DNA of 51,908 nt from a virus (IMGVR_UViG_3300047288_000217:1-51908), one strand, 5' to 3'; numbered from the stretch's first letter, positions 41,893-50,348 are shown. A program made the numbers and translations. Notes: generated by a model from the sequence alone, not told the origin.

Positions 41893-42083
41893 GGGGTCTC
41901 GTCAATTAAGTTGCACTGCCAGTAATGCAGTTTTGTCATTTCCAAAACGCCCATCACTGTTGCAGTTGTCATGTGGTCGTATTTGGTGGCGTTGATAACT
42001 TCTCGTAGTTCGTTCATCAAGTCCATCCCCATCGCTTTTTGATCTGAGGATGGAATCACCGTCAGTTTTGGTTTTTCATTCAT
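41889..42083 (-). CDS. Hypothetical protein, paralogue of 47476-47664
   Basis: PKLTVIPSSDQKA..KYDHMT.AT..GVLEMTKLHYW. Confidence 0.75.
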   Translation of the reverse strand: MNEKPKLTVIPSSDQKAMGMDLMNELREVINATKYDHMTTATVMGVLEMTKLHYWQCNLIDETP

Positions 42084-42439
42084 TTATCACCTCGGATCAG
42101 CGGCTCACCCATGAACGTCGGGCTCACCTGTTCATGCAGTTTGTTCATCTCGCTTCGGTACTGCCCAAGCGTGTCCCAGGCCTCGTCGTACCAGGGGCCC
42201 TGATACCGCGCCAGGACGCATTCAAGGTCCAGCGCCAACCGGTGGGCAAACCGGTGGGCAACCTCGTCCATGGCGTTGCCGATGCGGTCCAGCGATGTAT
42301 TGACCGCCCGGTCCACACTGGACTGCATCTGTTTTTGCATGCCGTCGATGAAGCCGCGCTCGTAAGCGTCCTGGACGTTTTTCTCTGTTCTTATTGGCTG
42401 TGATGGATATCCATTCATGCCGGTACCTATTGTGTTCAT
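42080..42439 (-). CDS. Hypothetical protein (119 aa)
   Basis: GGAG RBS, ATG 42439; AYERGFIDGMQKQMQSSVDRAV. Confidence 0.65.
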   Translation of the reverse strand: MNTIGTGMNGYPSQPIRTEKNVQDAYERGFIDGMQKQMQSSVDRAVNTSLDRIGNAMDEVAHRFAHRLALDLECVLARYQGPWYDEAWDTLGQYRSEMNKLHEQVSPTFMGEPLIRGDK

Positions 42440-42627
42440 GGTTTCTCCAGGAGGCTGATCGGAAGGTAGCAGCACGCCGGATCGCGGCTGCTTGACGCGG
42501 CCACAAACGACTGGCGGTGTGGGTTGTTGACCTGCTCGGGATGGTCCATCCACCGGCGGCAGTTTTGGCATTTGTCGCACACGGTGGCGGGAAGGCAGCG
42601 GCTGTAGTCGAAGGGGAGCGGGGTCAT
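42436..42627 (-). CDS. Cys-rich small protein
   Basis: LPFDYSRC..CDKCQNCRRW. Confidence 0.65.
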   Translation of the reverse strand: MTPLPFDYSRCLPATVCDKCQNCRRWMDHPEQVNNPHRQSFVAASSSRDPACCYLPISLLEKP

Positions 42628-42837
42628 TCAGTACTCCACCTTGTTGAGCTTGAACTCGTGCTGGCAGTGTTCGCATGTCACTTCCCAGCCTTGGAGCTTG
42701 TCCCATTTGTTGTTGAAGATGAATCCGGAAATGTAGTGCTCCGCGTCGTGGTTTGGGCCAGCCAGATCATTGGATTCTTTGCAGTTGGGGCATTCAACGT
42801 ATAGTCTCCACTCAAGCCGCGCTGTTGGTGAGGTCAT
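42628..42837 (-). CDS. Zinc-ribbon protein
   Basis: VECPNCKE..VTCEHCQHEF. Confidence 0.7.
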   Translation of the reverse strand: MTSPTARLEWRLYVECPNCKESNDLAGPNHDAEHYISGFIFNNKWDKLQGWEVTCEHCQHEFKLNKVEY

Positions 42838-43055
42838 TGCTGGCTCCTGGCGGCGATCATGGCGTCGGCCATTTTGTAGGCATCAGTTGCGATTACGTTC
42901 CAAAAAGGCTCTCCCTCTGTTTGATCTAGTGTCGTAGCAATCCCCTGCATCGCCTTGGCCGCAAAGTAGTCGCGTAGGGTCATGCCTTCGTGCGCCACTT
43001 CGCCCATGCTGCCGTGGCTGGGAAACGCTGGACCACCTGTGTTCTTTTCGCTCAT
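42834..43055 (-). CDS. Conserved phage protein (GGPAFP..GMTLRDYFAAKAMQG family)
   Basis: Recognisable widespread motif ending AYKMADAMIAAR. Confidence 0.85.
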   Translation of the reverse strand: MSEKNTGGPAFPSHGSMGEVAHEGMTLRDYFAAKAMQGIATTLDQTEGEPFWNVIATDAYKMADAMIAARSQQ

Positions 43056-43525
43056 CAGAAGTCCTCCGGCATCGATGGCGCTGGCGGCACCTCTGGCGGC
43101 GCAGCATCGGGCATGGCCGCGTCGTCACCGCACTTGATCTCGTAGACCGGCTTTTGTTCGTAGCCAACGATCACGCGGCGGCACTCGGGGCCTTCGCCTT
43201 TGAGCTCGGCGTCAACGCGAATCCATGGCATGTTGCTGGATGTGAACTCGCGCCAGCCAAGGTCAGCCTCGTCGTGTGTGCGGTCAAACTCGGCGCCCAT
43301 TTCTTCGGTCAAAACCTCCAGCACCGGCGTGATTTCCTTGATGCTGTTGACGTCGACACGGATGATTACCCTGGTGTCCAAAAATACGTAGCCGACTGTC
43401 GCAAATTTTTCGATGATGCGGGTGACGCGCCCCAGGCGCTCAAATTTTGGCCGCAGGTCCTCCAGGCCGGTGATTGCATCACGTTTGTGTTTAAGCGATC
43501 GCTCAAACGATTCAATGATTTTCAT
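43055..43525 (-). CDS. Hypothetical protein (156 aa)
   Basis: AAGGAG RBS; ECRRVIVG..YEIKC. Confidence 0.7.
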   Translation of the reverse strand: MKIIESFERSLKHKRDAITGLEDLRPKFERLGRVTRIIEKFATVGYVFLDTRVIIRVDVNSIKEITPVLEVLTEEMGAEFDRTHDEADLGWREFTSSNMPWIRVDAELKGEGPECRRVIVGYEQKPVYEIKCGDDAAMPDAAPPEVPPAPSMPEDF

Positions 43526-43710
43526 GTGTTCTCCTTGGTGGGCGGGTCGATGATGTCTTGCATTACGTGGATGCCTCCGTCTGCTCGAAGAACCGTGGCC
43601 ACAACGCCGATGCGTCCGTCCTCGGTCCAGAAAGATTTGAATGCGTGCTTCGGAAACTCAAATGGCGGCGCTCCCACCACTGGCTCTCTCGTTACCAGTG
43701 TGATGTTCAT
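43522..43710 (-). CDS. Hypothetical protein (62 aa)
   Basis: AAGGAG RBS; flanked by identical 19-bp junction repeats. Confidence 0.6.
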   Translation of the reverse strand: MNITLVTREPVVGAPPFEFPKHAFKSFWTEDGRIGVVATVLRADGGIHVMQDIIDPPTKENT

Positions 43711-44084
43711 GTGTTCTCCTTGGTTGCATCGTTCCAGGTCAGCGCGTCAACGCTGGCCATGTCGGTCCACTTCAGCGCTCTGGCGTCGCTGAGTGTGTAG
43801 GTGTCCTTCCAGGCGGTGCTGGCCTGGTCGTACATGTTCTGGGCGCGCTCGATCGCGTTGGCTTTGTTCTTGGCCACCACGTTGTATATGCGCAGCCACT
43901 CGCCGGTCTGGCGATGCTGGCCAAACACAGCCCACTTCGGTGACGGCGCCCTGGGTTTGGTGTACTGCTTGCCCGTACCGTTGCAGCCGTAGCACTTGGT
44001 GCCGTGCTGCAGGTTGAAGCTGTACCGGCCCGTGCCGTTGCACCTGGTGCAGGTGTAGGCCTGGCGCGGCGCGGCGTCCGTCAT
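43707..44084 (-). CDS. Protein with DnaJ-type zinc finger (CxxCxGxG x2)
   Basis: CTRCNGTG..CYGCNGTG; CAGGAGG RBS, ATG 44084. Confidence 0.75.
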   Translation of the reverse strand: MTDAAPRQAYTCTRCNGTGRYSFNLQHGTKCYGCNGTGKQYTKPRAPSPKWAVFGQHRQTGEWLRIYNVVAKNKANAIERAQNMYDQASTAWKDTYTLSDARALKWTDMASVDALTWNDATKENT

Positions 44085-44335
44085 GCTTGCCTCCTGGCTT
44101 CGTAGGCTTCCTCCAGGCTGCGCGGCGTGCGCAAGGGAAATGGCAGCACCAGGCTGGAAATCTTGCCCTCCTGGATGGGCGTTGCCAAGCGGCGCTGGCT
44201 GTTGGCCATCACCCAGCGGTTGCCGAGCTGGCGAACCGAGCGCACCCACTTGCGCATGTTGGCGCGCTGCGTTGCGCGGTCGGCGTGGCCAATGCACCAA
44301 AGGCGGCGGGCCATTTTTAACATCGTGGTGTTCAT
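44081..44335 (-). CDS. Hypothetical basic protein
   Basis: RANMRKWVRSVRQLGNRWV; AAGGAG RBS. Confidence 0.7.
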   Translation of the reverse strand: MNTTMLKMARRLWCIGHADRATQRANMRKWVRSVRQLGNRWVMANSQRRLATPIQEGKISSLVLPFPLRTPRSLEEAYEARRQA

Positions 44336-44514
44336 GCTTTCTCCTTAGGGTAAATCAGGCGGCCGCCTTGCAAGCTGGGCAGCTCATAGGCGCGGAACCG
44401 TTCGTCTGTGATGCCAGGGTTGCGGCGCAGCTCTTTGCCGTCGTAGATCGGGCGGCTGAACACCTCGGGGCGCGCCGCAGGTATCAGGTCGGGTTTGGTT
44501 TTCTTGGTGGTCAT
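44332..44514 (-). CDS. Hypothetical protein (60 aa)
   Basis: YDGKELRRNPG..AYELPSL; GGAGG RBS. Confidence 0.65.
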   Translation of the reverse strand: MTTKKTKPDLIPAARPEVFSRPIYDGKELRRNPGITDERFRAYELPSLQGGRLIYPKEKA

Positions 44515-44517
44515 GGT

Positions 44518-44838
44518 TCAGTCCTCCAGTTGTTCGGTGATCTCTTGCTCGATGCGCTGGCGGTCGTCGTCGGTGACCTTGCGCTCCAACCAGGCTGCTG
44601 GCCTGCCGCGCCGGTCCAGGATTTCAAACTCGCATTCGGTGTAGCCGTAGTAGTCCATGTCGCTGTCGCAGGTGTGCGCGCTGCCTCGGTGCGGCGCCTG
44701 GCGGAAGAAGTGCGTCACCTTGGCAATGCAGGGAATGCCTGAGACGCGGGTTTCGATTTCCATGTTTTCTCCTTGGTGAAAAGCGGCCCCGGCAAATGGG
44801 GCCAGGGCTTGCTGCATGATCGGGTGCAGGTGGTTCAT
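44518..44838 (-). CDS. Hypothetical phage protein, first gene of leftward arm (alternative start 44763)
   Basis: RVSGIPC..SDMDYYGYTECEFEILDRRGRPAAWLERK; AAGGAG before 44763. Confidence 0.75.
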   Translation of the reverse strand: MNHLHPIMQQALAPFAGAAFHQGENMEIETRVSGIPCIAKVTHFFRQAPHRGSAHTCDSDMDYYGYTECEFEILDRRGRPAAWLERKVTDDDRQRIEQEITEQLED

Positions 44839-44856
44839 ATCGTGATCCTGGCGAGG

Positions 44857-44960
44857 TGTTGCGATAACTGCATCATCGCTCCGTTTTCAGTGGGTTGCAA
44901 GGGGTTTGCGTGGGTTTCTTCGAGATATTTTCGGTCGAGTGTTGCTTTTTACGCTACACT
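44857..44960. promoter_or_regulatory. Divergent promoter region with two operator-like palindromes
   Basis: Leftward TTGCAA-17-GATGAT (44900-44872); rightward -10 TACACT 44955-60; TGTTGCG-N5-TGCATCA 44857-75 and TGTTGCT-N5-CGCTACA 44940-58. Confidence 0.55.
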
Positions 44961-44968
44961 TTAGGCCC

Positions 44969-45235
44969 ATGACCTCAGAAATCAAAGATCCCGGCCCCGA
45001 AACCCCTGCCGACAAGGCCATCACAGCCTTCGGCGGCGTCCGTGCGCTGGCACGCGCCCTGGAGCGAAACCCCAGCTCCGTGGTGCGCTGGCGCAAGCCC
45101 AAAGACGAGGGCGGCAGCAACGGCGCGGTACCCTCAGCCCTGCAGGGCCGAATCCTGGCCATGGCCCAGGCGCGTGGACTGAACCTCACCGCCGAGGACC
45201 TCATCCTGCGCACCGCTGAGGATTGGGCCGTTTAA
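44969..45235 (+). CDS. Cro/YdaS-like helix-turn-helix regulator
   Basis: AITAFGGVRALARALERNPSSVVRWRK..GAVP; first gene of rightward arm. Confidence 0.8.
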   Translation: MTSEIKDPGPETPADKAITAFGGVRALARALERNPSSVVRWRKPKDEGGSNGAVPSALQGRILAMAQARGLNLTAEDLILRTAEDWAV

Positions 45236-45453
45236 CCGGGGCACTGCACTTGGCCAATAAGACCGTCACCGATCGCATGGTTCTGGCCGCCGTCTCGGCC
45301 ACCAGGTACGAGCTGCCTCGGGACATTTCCACCAGGCTCGGGCGGCGGAAAATAAACGGCTCCCTTGGCCGTTTGATTCGCACGGGCCAGCTCGAACGCG
45401 TGCCGGGGCCGACCTGCTTTTTGTACCGCTCAAAACAGTCGAGGATTGTTTGA
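45223..45453 (+). CDS. Small basic winged-helix-like protein (start uncertain)
   Basis: DISTRLGRRKINGSLGRLIRTGQLERV. Confidence 0.5.
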   Translation: MGRLTGALHLANKTVTDRMVLAAVSATRYELPRDISTRLGRRKINGSLGRLIRTGQLERVPGPTCFLYRSKQSRIV

Positions 45454-45540
45454 AAACAAATCGCCAAAAATAACTTGACTTGTTTTTGATTATTGGGCGA
45501 ACATCAAAACCGCAGACAAATTAACCCACAGGAGAGCTGT

Positions 45541-45672
45541 ATGAGCTTACTTGACACCCCGGCCAACACCTGGCCATTCCCACCCCCAACCGGGCCTGTG
45601 CCCTGGACTCCTAAGCAAGAGGCCGAATACCGCCGCCAGCAGCGCGACGAGGCCGAGGAGGCACCATGGTGA
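45541..45672 (+). CDS. 43-aa Pro-rich peptide (not in ORF track)
   Basis: CAGGAG RBS; NTWPFPPPTGPVPWTPKQ..EEAPW*. Confidence 0.6.
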   Translation: MSLLDTPANTWPFPPPTGPVPWTPKQEAEYRRQQRDEAEEAPW

Positions 45673-45875
45673 GCCGCGAAGACATCACCCGGTTTGACCT
45701 TGACATGGACGGCTCCATGGAGCCCGCTGAGCACGGTCGTTGGATTCGCCATGAAGACCTTGTGCGTGCAATCGCAGCAGAGCGCGAGGCGTGTGCGAAG
45801 TTGATGGAAAGCCAGTGGGATTGGGTGAGTAAAAACGCCGCAGCCGCCGCCATCCGAGCAAGGGGTCAGGCATGA
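45666..45875 (+). CDS. Hypothetical protein (AAEREACA..AAAIRARG module)
   Basis: GAGGAGG RBS; shares C-terminal module with next gene. Confidence 0.7.
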   Translation: MVSREDITRFDLDMDGSMEPAEHGRWIRHEDLVRAIAAEREACAKLMESQWDWVSKNAAAAAIRARGQA

Positions 45876-46084
45876 ACCGAGACGAAGCAATGATGCGACT
45901 GTGTGCTGCTTTTGGCGTAGACCCCGCTTTGGCTGACTTCAATATCGTGGCAGTCAACTGCGTGCTGGATTCGCTGGAGGCAGCCGAGCGCGAGGCCTGC
46001 GCGAATGTGGTTGAGAAAACCAAATGGTCAAACTGGTTTCAGGCTGACGCCGCCGCTGCAATTCGAGCAAGGAGCCAATCATGA
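45872..46084 (+). CDS. Hypothetical protein (AAEREACA..AAAIRARS module)
   Basis: ATGA coupling; same module as previous gene. Confidence 0.7.
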   Translation: MNRDEAMMRLCAAFGVDPALADFNIVAVNCVLDSLEAAEREACANVVEKTKWSNWFQADAAAAIRARSQS

Positions 46085-46611
46085 CCTGCAAACACGACTG
46101 GCACTTCACCGCCAGAAACATCCTGAGCTGCCAGCGCTGCAACGTGGAGACCGGGCCCAGCACGCCGGAGCAGCTCGCGCAAGAAATGCTGCGTGACGTG
46201 ACCACCATGGGCAGCGCTTGGAGCCAAGGCGGCAAACGCATCGACCCAGCGGAGGTGTACGCCGATCCCGCGTATGCATTTCACAAGCCACAGCCCAACA
46301 GCATCAAGTTTTTCAACGCGATCGGCGGCATACAAAACACCGAAGTATTGCGCATGACCAAAGACGGCATCTGGGCCAACCCGGATGTTCCTCCAGACGA
46401 GGCTGCAAAGGCAGTGCTTCAGGCTTTGGATTGGCACATCAAGCAGATGGTTGAGCGTGTGCGCAACGAATACACGACGGTGGCTTGGGGTGTGTTTGAG
46501 GGCGGCAATTTGCACGACATGTTTTTCCTTGAGATCGAGGCCAAAGAGATGGCTGGATACAAGGGCGAACACGCTGTGGTGCGTCCGTTGCTCGTGTGGG
46601 GTCGGCCATGA
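46081..46611 (+). CDS. Mosaic hypothetical protein (176 aa)
   Basis: CKHDW..CQRC N-terminus; EVLRMTKDGIWANPDV. Confidence 0.65.
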   Translation: MTCKHDWHFTARNILSCQRCNVETGPSTPEQLAQEMLRDVTTMGSAWSQGGKRIDPAEVYADPAYAFHKPQPNSIKFFNAIGGIQNTEVLRMTKDGIWANPDVPPDEAAKAVLQALDWHIKQMVERVRNEYTTVAWGVFEGGNLHDMFFLEIEAKEMAGYKGEHAVVRPLLVWGRP

Positions 46612-47012
46612 TGCGCGGTAAAGCACTCCCTCACTACGGAAAGCTGCAGGTCAAGAATCTGGACCCCGAGGTTTATCGGATCTGGCTCACGCGCAACGAC
46701 GACCTGGATGAACTCCCCTTGCTGGATGGGGAACCAACAAACTCTTACGAAATGGAGTTTGAAATGCAGGACTACATGCGCAAGATTTGGGAACGGTCAA
46801 ACCTGAACAATCAGCAGTGCCTTGTGTTTTTGGCAAGGGTTATTTACGGCGAGACTCTTGAAGAAGTAGGTCTGAAAATTGGCGTCACGCGTGAGCGCGT
46901 TCGGCAGATCGAGAACAAGGCTATCCGAAAACTCAGGCAGGTCGCGTGGGCCATAAACGAAAGCGACCGGGTCGTCAGCCTCAACGACAAAATCAACAGG
47001 AAAACCTCATGA
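46608..47012 (+). CDS. Sigma-70 region 4 domain protein
   Basis: ETLEEVGLKIGVTRERVRQIENKAIRKLR mirrors RpoD region 4.2; no region 2. Confidence 0.85.
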   Translation: MMRGKALPHYGKLQVKNLDPEVYRIWLTRNDDLDELPLLDGEPTNSYEMEFEMQDYMRKIWERSNLNNQQCLVFLARVIYGETLEEVGLKIGVTRERVRQIENKAIRKLRQVAWAINESDRVVSLNDKINRKTS

Positions 47013-47164
47013 ACTACCACGGCGCAATCACCCAAGCCCTGGTCGACGAGCTGCTGGCCGTTGTCCACAAATACGAACAGACCATGCTGTTGCCCACCGC
47101 GCTTGGCTGCTTGGACCTGGTCAAGGCCCAGCTGATTCAAGATCACCAGGAGGACGAGGAATGA
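47009..47164 (+). CDS. Small hypothetical protein (51 aa)
   Basis: ELLAVVHKYE..TALGCLDLVKAQL; possibly distantly related to 41889/47476. Confidence 0.65.
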   Translation: MNYHGAITQALVDELLAVVHKYEQTMLLPTALGCLDLVKAQLIQDHQEDEE

Positions 47165-47483
47165 TCCACTACACCCGCGAGGGCGAGTACCTGCGCCTGG
47201 GTCTGAACTTCCGCTTCACACCAGGCGGCTTCGTGCTGCTGTGGGCCTGGTACGACTTCGCCAGCCACAGCGCCACCATTTACCGTCTGCGCGTTCGCAT
47301 GCACCGCAAGCCTCGATTCATGTTTGCCAAAAACAAGCACAACGTGATCGACACATACCTGCACCTGCTGGCATGGAGGTTGTGCACAGCGAAGTACTGC
47401 AAGACCTCAAAGCGATCGAGCAGGCCACCTGGCGGCGGACAACAGCAAACGCGTGGATTAAGCCGGGGGATTTGAATGACTGA
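47161..47483 (+). pseudogene. Hypothetical gene with an apparent 1-nt frameshift near 47367
   Basis: One frame gives MIHYTREG..NVIDTYLHL; another continues GMEVVHSEVLQDLKAIEQ..GDLND*, ending over the next ATG. Confidence 0.45.
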
Positions 47484-47664
47484 AATCACTCAACCAAAAC
47501 TTACAGTAATTCCGTCATCCGATCAAAAGGCGACGGGCTCTGAGCTTATGAATGACTTGCGGGATCTTATCAATTCACCAAAGTATGACCACATGACCGT
47601 GGCCACACTGATTGGCGTTTTGGAAATGACCAAGCTGCACTACTGGAGTGTCAACAATGAATGA
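47476..47664 (+). CDS. Hypothetical protein, paralogue of 41889-42083
   Basis: PKLTVIPSSDQKA..KYDHMTVATLIGVLEMTKLHYW. Confidence 0.75.
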   Translation: MTEITQPKLTVIPSSDQKATGSELMNDLRDLINSPKYDHMTVATLIGVLEMTKLHYWSVNNE

Positions 47665-47776
47665 AGGCGAAAAAGCCGGGTGCTGGGCTATGGCGTATTT
47701 GTACATCGCGTTGTTTGGTGTTTGGTTTACCGTGTTCGCCATAGCCTGGTACCACATCAAGGAGTGGCTTGCATGA
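47657..47776 (+). CDS. 39-aa single-TM peptide (not in ORF track)
   Basis: GGAG RBS; MNEGEKAGCWAMAYLYIALFGVWFTVFAIAWYHIKEWLA*. Confidence 0.55.
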   Translation: MNEGEKAGCWAMAYLYIALFGVWFTVFAIAWYHIKEWLA

Positions 47777-48072
47777 CTGAAATCATCGACCTCGCCAAGG
47801 CCCGCAAGGAGCGCGAGCCGCACATCGCTGGCGTGCTGTTTTGCCAGGGGTGCGATTACGAATGGAGCACCGTGTGGGAGATGGGCACCACCGAGTTTGA
47901 GTGCCCGGCGTGCAACAGCATGCGCGGGCGCAGCAAGTTTGACGTGGCCCCCACGCCGGGCTCAAAGGTCTGGAGCTGCATGTCCTGCGGCAACCAGTTG
48001 TTCAACCTCCTGCCCGATCGCGTCCACTGCCCTGGCTGCGGCAAGCAGTGGGATTATGGGGAGCTGTCATGA
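47773..48072 (+). CDS. Double zinc-ribbon protein (four CxxC)
   Basis: CQGC, CPAC, CMSC, CPGC; AAGGAG RBS, ATG 47773. Confidence 0.75.
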   Translation: MTEIIDLAKARKEREPHIAGVLFCQGCDYEWSTVWEMGTTEFECPACNSMRGRSKFDVAPTPGSKVWSCMSCGNQLFNLLPDRVHCPGCGKQWDYGELS

Positions 48073-48308
48073 CTCGGGATGAATTTGAGGCAACGCTTAA
48101 AAAGAACGCCTACTTGGAAATTATTGATTTTCTCACTCGCATCGCTAGAACCGGACAACCAAACGAAATCAGCGTGTCTGTGCTTGCGCATATTCCACAC
48201 GGCGTGTCATTCCAGGAAATACTCGAGCAATCCAATCTGACGGGCAAATTCAATCACGCCACCGGACGGTATTTTGTGGAGCGGCGACCACTGCCGGGTA
48301 AGCGATGA
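48069..48308 (+). CDS. Hypothetical protein (79 aa, lower GC)
   Basis: ATGA coupling at both ends. Confidence 0.6.
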   Translation: MTRDEFEATLKKNAYLEIIDFLTRIARTGQPNEISVSVLAHIPHGVSFQEILEQSNLTGKFNHATGRYFVERRPLPGKR

Positions 48309-49726
48309 TCACCCCCCGCCCCCGACAAGCCCAGGCCATTGCCGACCTGCGCAAAGCCTACCGCTTTGGCCACAAAGCCCCCATCCTGATTGCCCCGACG
48401 GGTTTTGGCAAGAGTGCAACCGCGATCTGCATGATTCAGAGCGCCTTGGACAAAGGCAAACGCGTGTGGTTCATCGCGCACCTCAAGGAAATCCTGAACG
48501 ACACCAGCAACCGCCTGACCGATGCGGGCATCCCCTACGGCTGGATCGCCTCTGGCCGCGACGGCAACCACCGCCTGCCCGTGCAGGTGGCCATGGTGCA
48601 AACGCTGGTGCGCCGCCTGGACCGGTACCAGCCGCCGGACCTGATCATCGTGGACGAGGCGCACCTGGCGGTGGCCAACACGTACCAGCAGATTTTCGAG
48701 TGGGCTGGCGCAGGCCCGAAGTTCAAGCGCCCGGGCGGCGCGCACCTGCTGCACCTCACGGCCACGCCCTGCCGCCTGGACGGCCGAGGCATGAACGAGG
48801 TCGCCGACATTCTGGTGCCCACCTGCAGCACGCAGGACCTGATCGACGAGGGGCTGCTCGCGCCCATCCGCTACTACGCGCCCAGCGAGCCGGACCTCTC
48901 GGGTGTGCACACCAGCATGGGCGACTTCAACCAGGGCGAGCTGGCCGCCGCCATGGACAAGCCTGTCATTACCGGCAGCGCCGTGCAGCACTACCGCAAG
49001 CTCGCCGACGGTCGCCCGGCCGTGGCGTTTTGCGTGACCGTCGAGCACGCCACCAACGTGGCCGAGCAGTTTCGCCAGGCCGGGTACCGGGCCGTGGCCA
49101 TCAGCGGCGAGTCCGACACCGTTGAGCGCGACGCTGCCCTGCAAGGCCTGCGCGACGGCCTCCTGGATGTGGTCTGCAACTGCGCCCTGTGGGTGGCCGG
49201 TGTGGACGCGCCATCCATCGGCTGCATCATCCAGCTCGCGCCTACGCAGTCGGTCGTGAAATACCTGCAATCCGTTGGCCGTGGCCTGCGCACACACCCT
49301 GGCAAGGACGACTGCATCATCCTCGACCACGCGGGCAACGTGAAGCGCCACGGGCTGCCCACCGACCTGCGCGAGTGGACCCTGGCCGCCGTCGAGAAGC
49401 GCAAAAACTCCAAGAAGTCCGAGGTGCCGGTGAAAACCTGTCCCGTGTGCTTTGCCACTGTGCCTTCTATCGTCACCGACTGCGCTTGTGGCCACCACTT
49501 CGAGCCCGTTGGCCGCGAGATCGAAGAAGTGGATGGGCAACTCGAGGAGATCACCGCTGCCGCCGCCAAGGCCCAGGCGGTCAAGGAGCGCAAGATGGAG
49601 CAGGGCAGGTCGCATACCCTTGATGAGCTGGTGAAAATAGGCAGAGCACGCGGGATGCGTCGTCCTGAGTTGTGGGCAAAATTTGTTCTCCGCGCCCGCG
49701 CCGCCAAGGAGGCCCAGAAGCGATGA
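48305..49726 (+). CDS. Superfamily 2 DEAH helicase (RadD/YejH-like) with C-terminal zinc finger
   Basis: APTGFGKS, VDEAH, LTATP, QSVGRGLR, ILDHAGN, CPVC..CACGH. Confidence 0.93.
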   Translation: MITPRPRQAQAIADLRKAYRFGHKAPILIAPTGFGKSATAICMIQSALDKGKRVWFIAHLKEILNDTSNRLTDAGIPYGWIASGRDGNHRLPVQVAMVQTLVRRLDRYQPPDLIIVDEAHLAVANTYQQIFEWAGAGPKFKRPGGAHLLHLTATPCRLDGRGMNEVADILVPTCSTQDLIDEGLLAPIRYYAPSEPDLSGVHTSMGDFNQGELAAAMDKPVITGSAVQHYRKLADGRPAVAFCVTVEHATNVAEQFRQAGYRAVAISGESDTVERDAALQGLRDGLLDVVCNCALWVAGVDAPSIGCIIQLAPTQSVVKYLQSVGRGLRTHPGKDDCIILDHAGNVKRHGLPTDLREWTLAAVEKRKNSKKSEVPVKTCPVCFATVPSIVTDCACGHHFEPVGREIEEVDGQLEEITAAAAKAQAVKERKMEQGRSHTLDELVKIGRARGMRRPELWAKFVLRARAAKEAQKR

Positions 49727-50013
49727 GCTGCGCCGGTTGCAACCGCCTGGAAACCGACCAGGTCGTGAAGTTGATCGACGGCACCACGGTGTGCACCTAC
49801 TGCCCGTCCTGGGCGCGTGAGTGCGAGGCCCGCCACATCCTGTCCATCCCCGACAAAGTCCAGCGCCGCGAATACCTGCGCGGCCAAGAGGAAGCCGGAA
49901 AAATCGTCAAACGCGGGATCCTGCAGATGCGCGGCGAGCAGGCGTGCCAGGAGCTCGAGGTTCTGGTGCGGCGTGTCTGGGAGCATGGCCGGAAACAACC
50001 GGGGGAAAAATGA
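49723..50013 (+). CDS. Hypothetical protein (96 aa)
   Basis: CAGC..WARECEARHIL..RREYL; coupled. Confidence 0.7.
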   Translation: MSCAGCNRLETDQVVKLIDGTTVCTYCPSWARECEARHILSIPDKVQRREYLRGQEEAGKIVKRGILQMRGEQACQELEVLVRRVWEHGRKQPGEK

Positions 50014-50348
50014 ACCCGAAAATTCCACCCCCACTAAGCGAGACCGACCTCATGCGCCAGATCATGGTCGCGCTGTCCGCCGACGGGCACTTCGTGGCCA
50101 GGGCCAATGTGGGATTGTTCTTCACCGCCGACGGCAGGCCCGTCAAAACAGGACTGCCCAAAGGGTTCTCGGATTTGTTTGGACACCGGGCCAGCGATGC
50201 GCGGGCGTTCTATCTGGAGGTGAAAACCGCCAAGGGCCGCGCCAGACCCGAGCAGCTGGCCTTCATCGCCGCGATGAAAAAGCGCGGGGCCCTGGCGGCA
50301 ATCGTTCGGTCGGTGGAGGATGCCAGGCTGGCGGTGAATGGAGGTTGA
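50010..50348 (+). CDS. VRR-NUC domain nuclease
   Basis: GLPKGFSDLFG..YLEVKTAKGRARPEQLAF..RSVEDA (PD-D/ExK). Confidence 0.9.
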   Translation: MNPKIPPPLSETDLMRQIMVALSADGHFVARANVGLFFTADGRPVKTGLPKGFSDLFGHRASDARAFYLEVKTAKGRARPEQLAFIAAMKKRGALAAIVRSVEDARLAVNGG

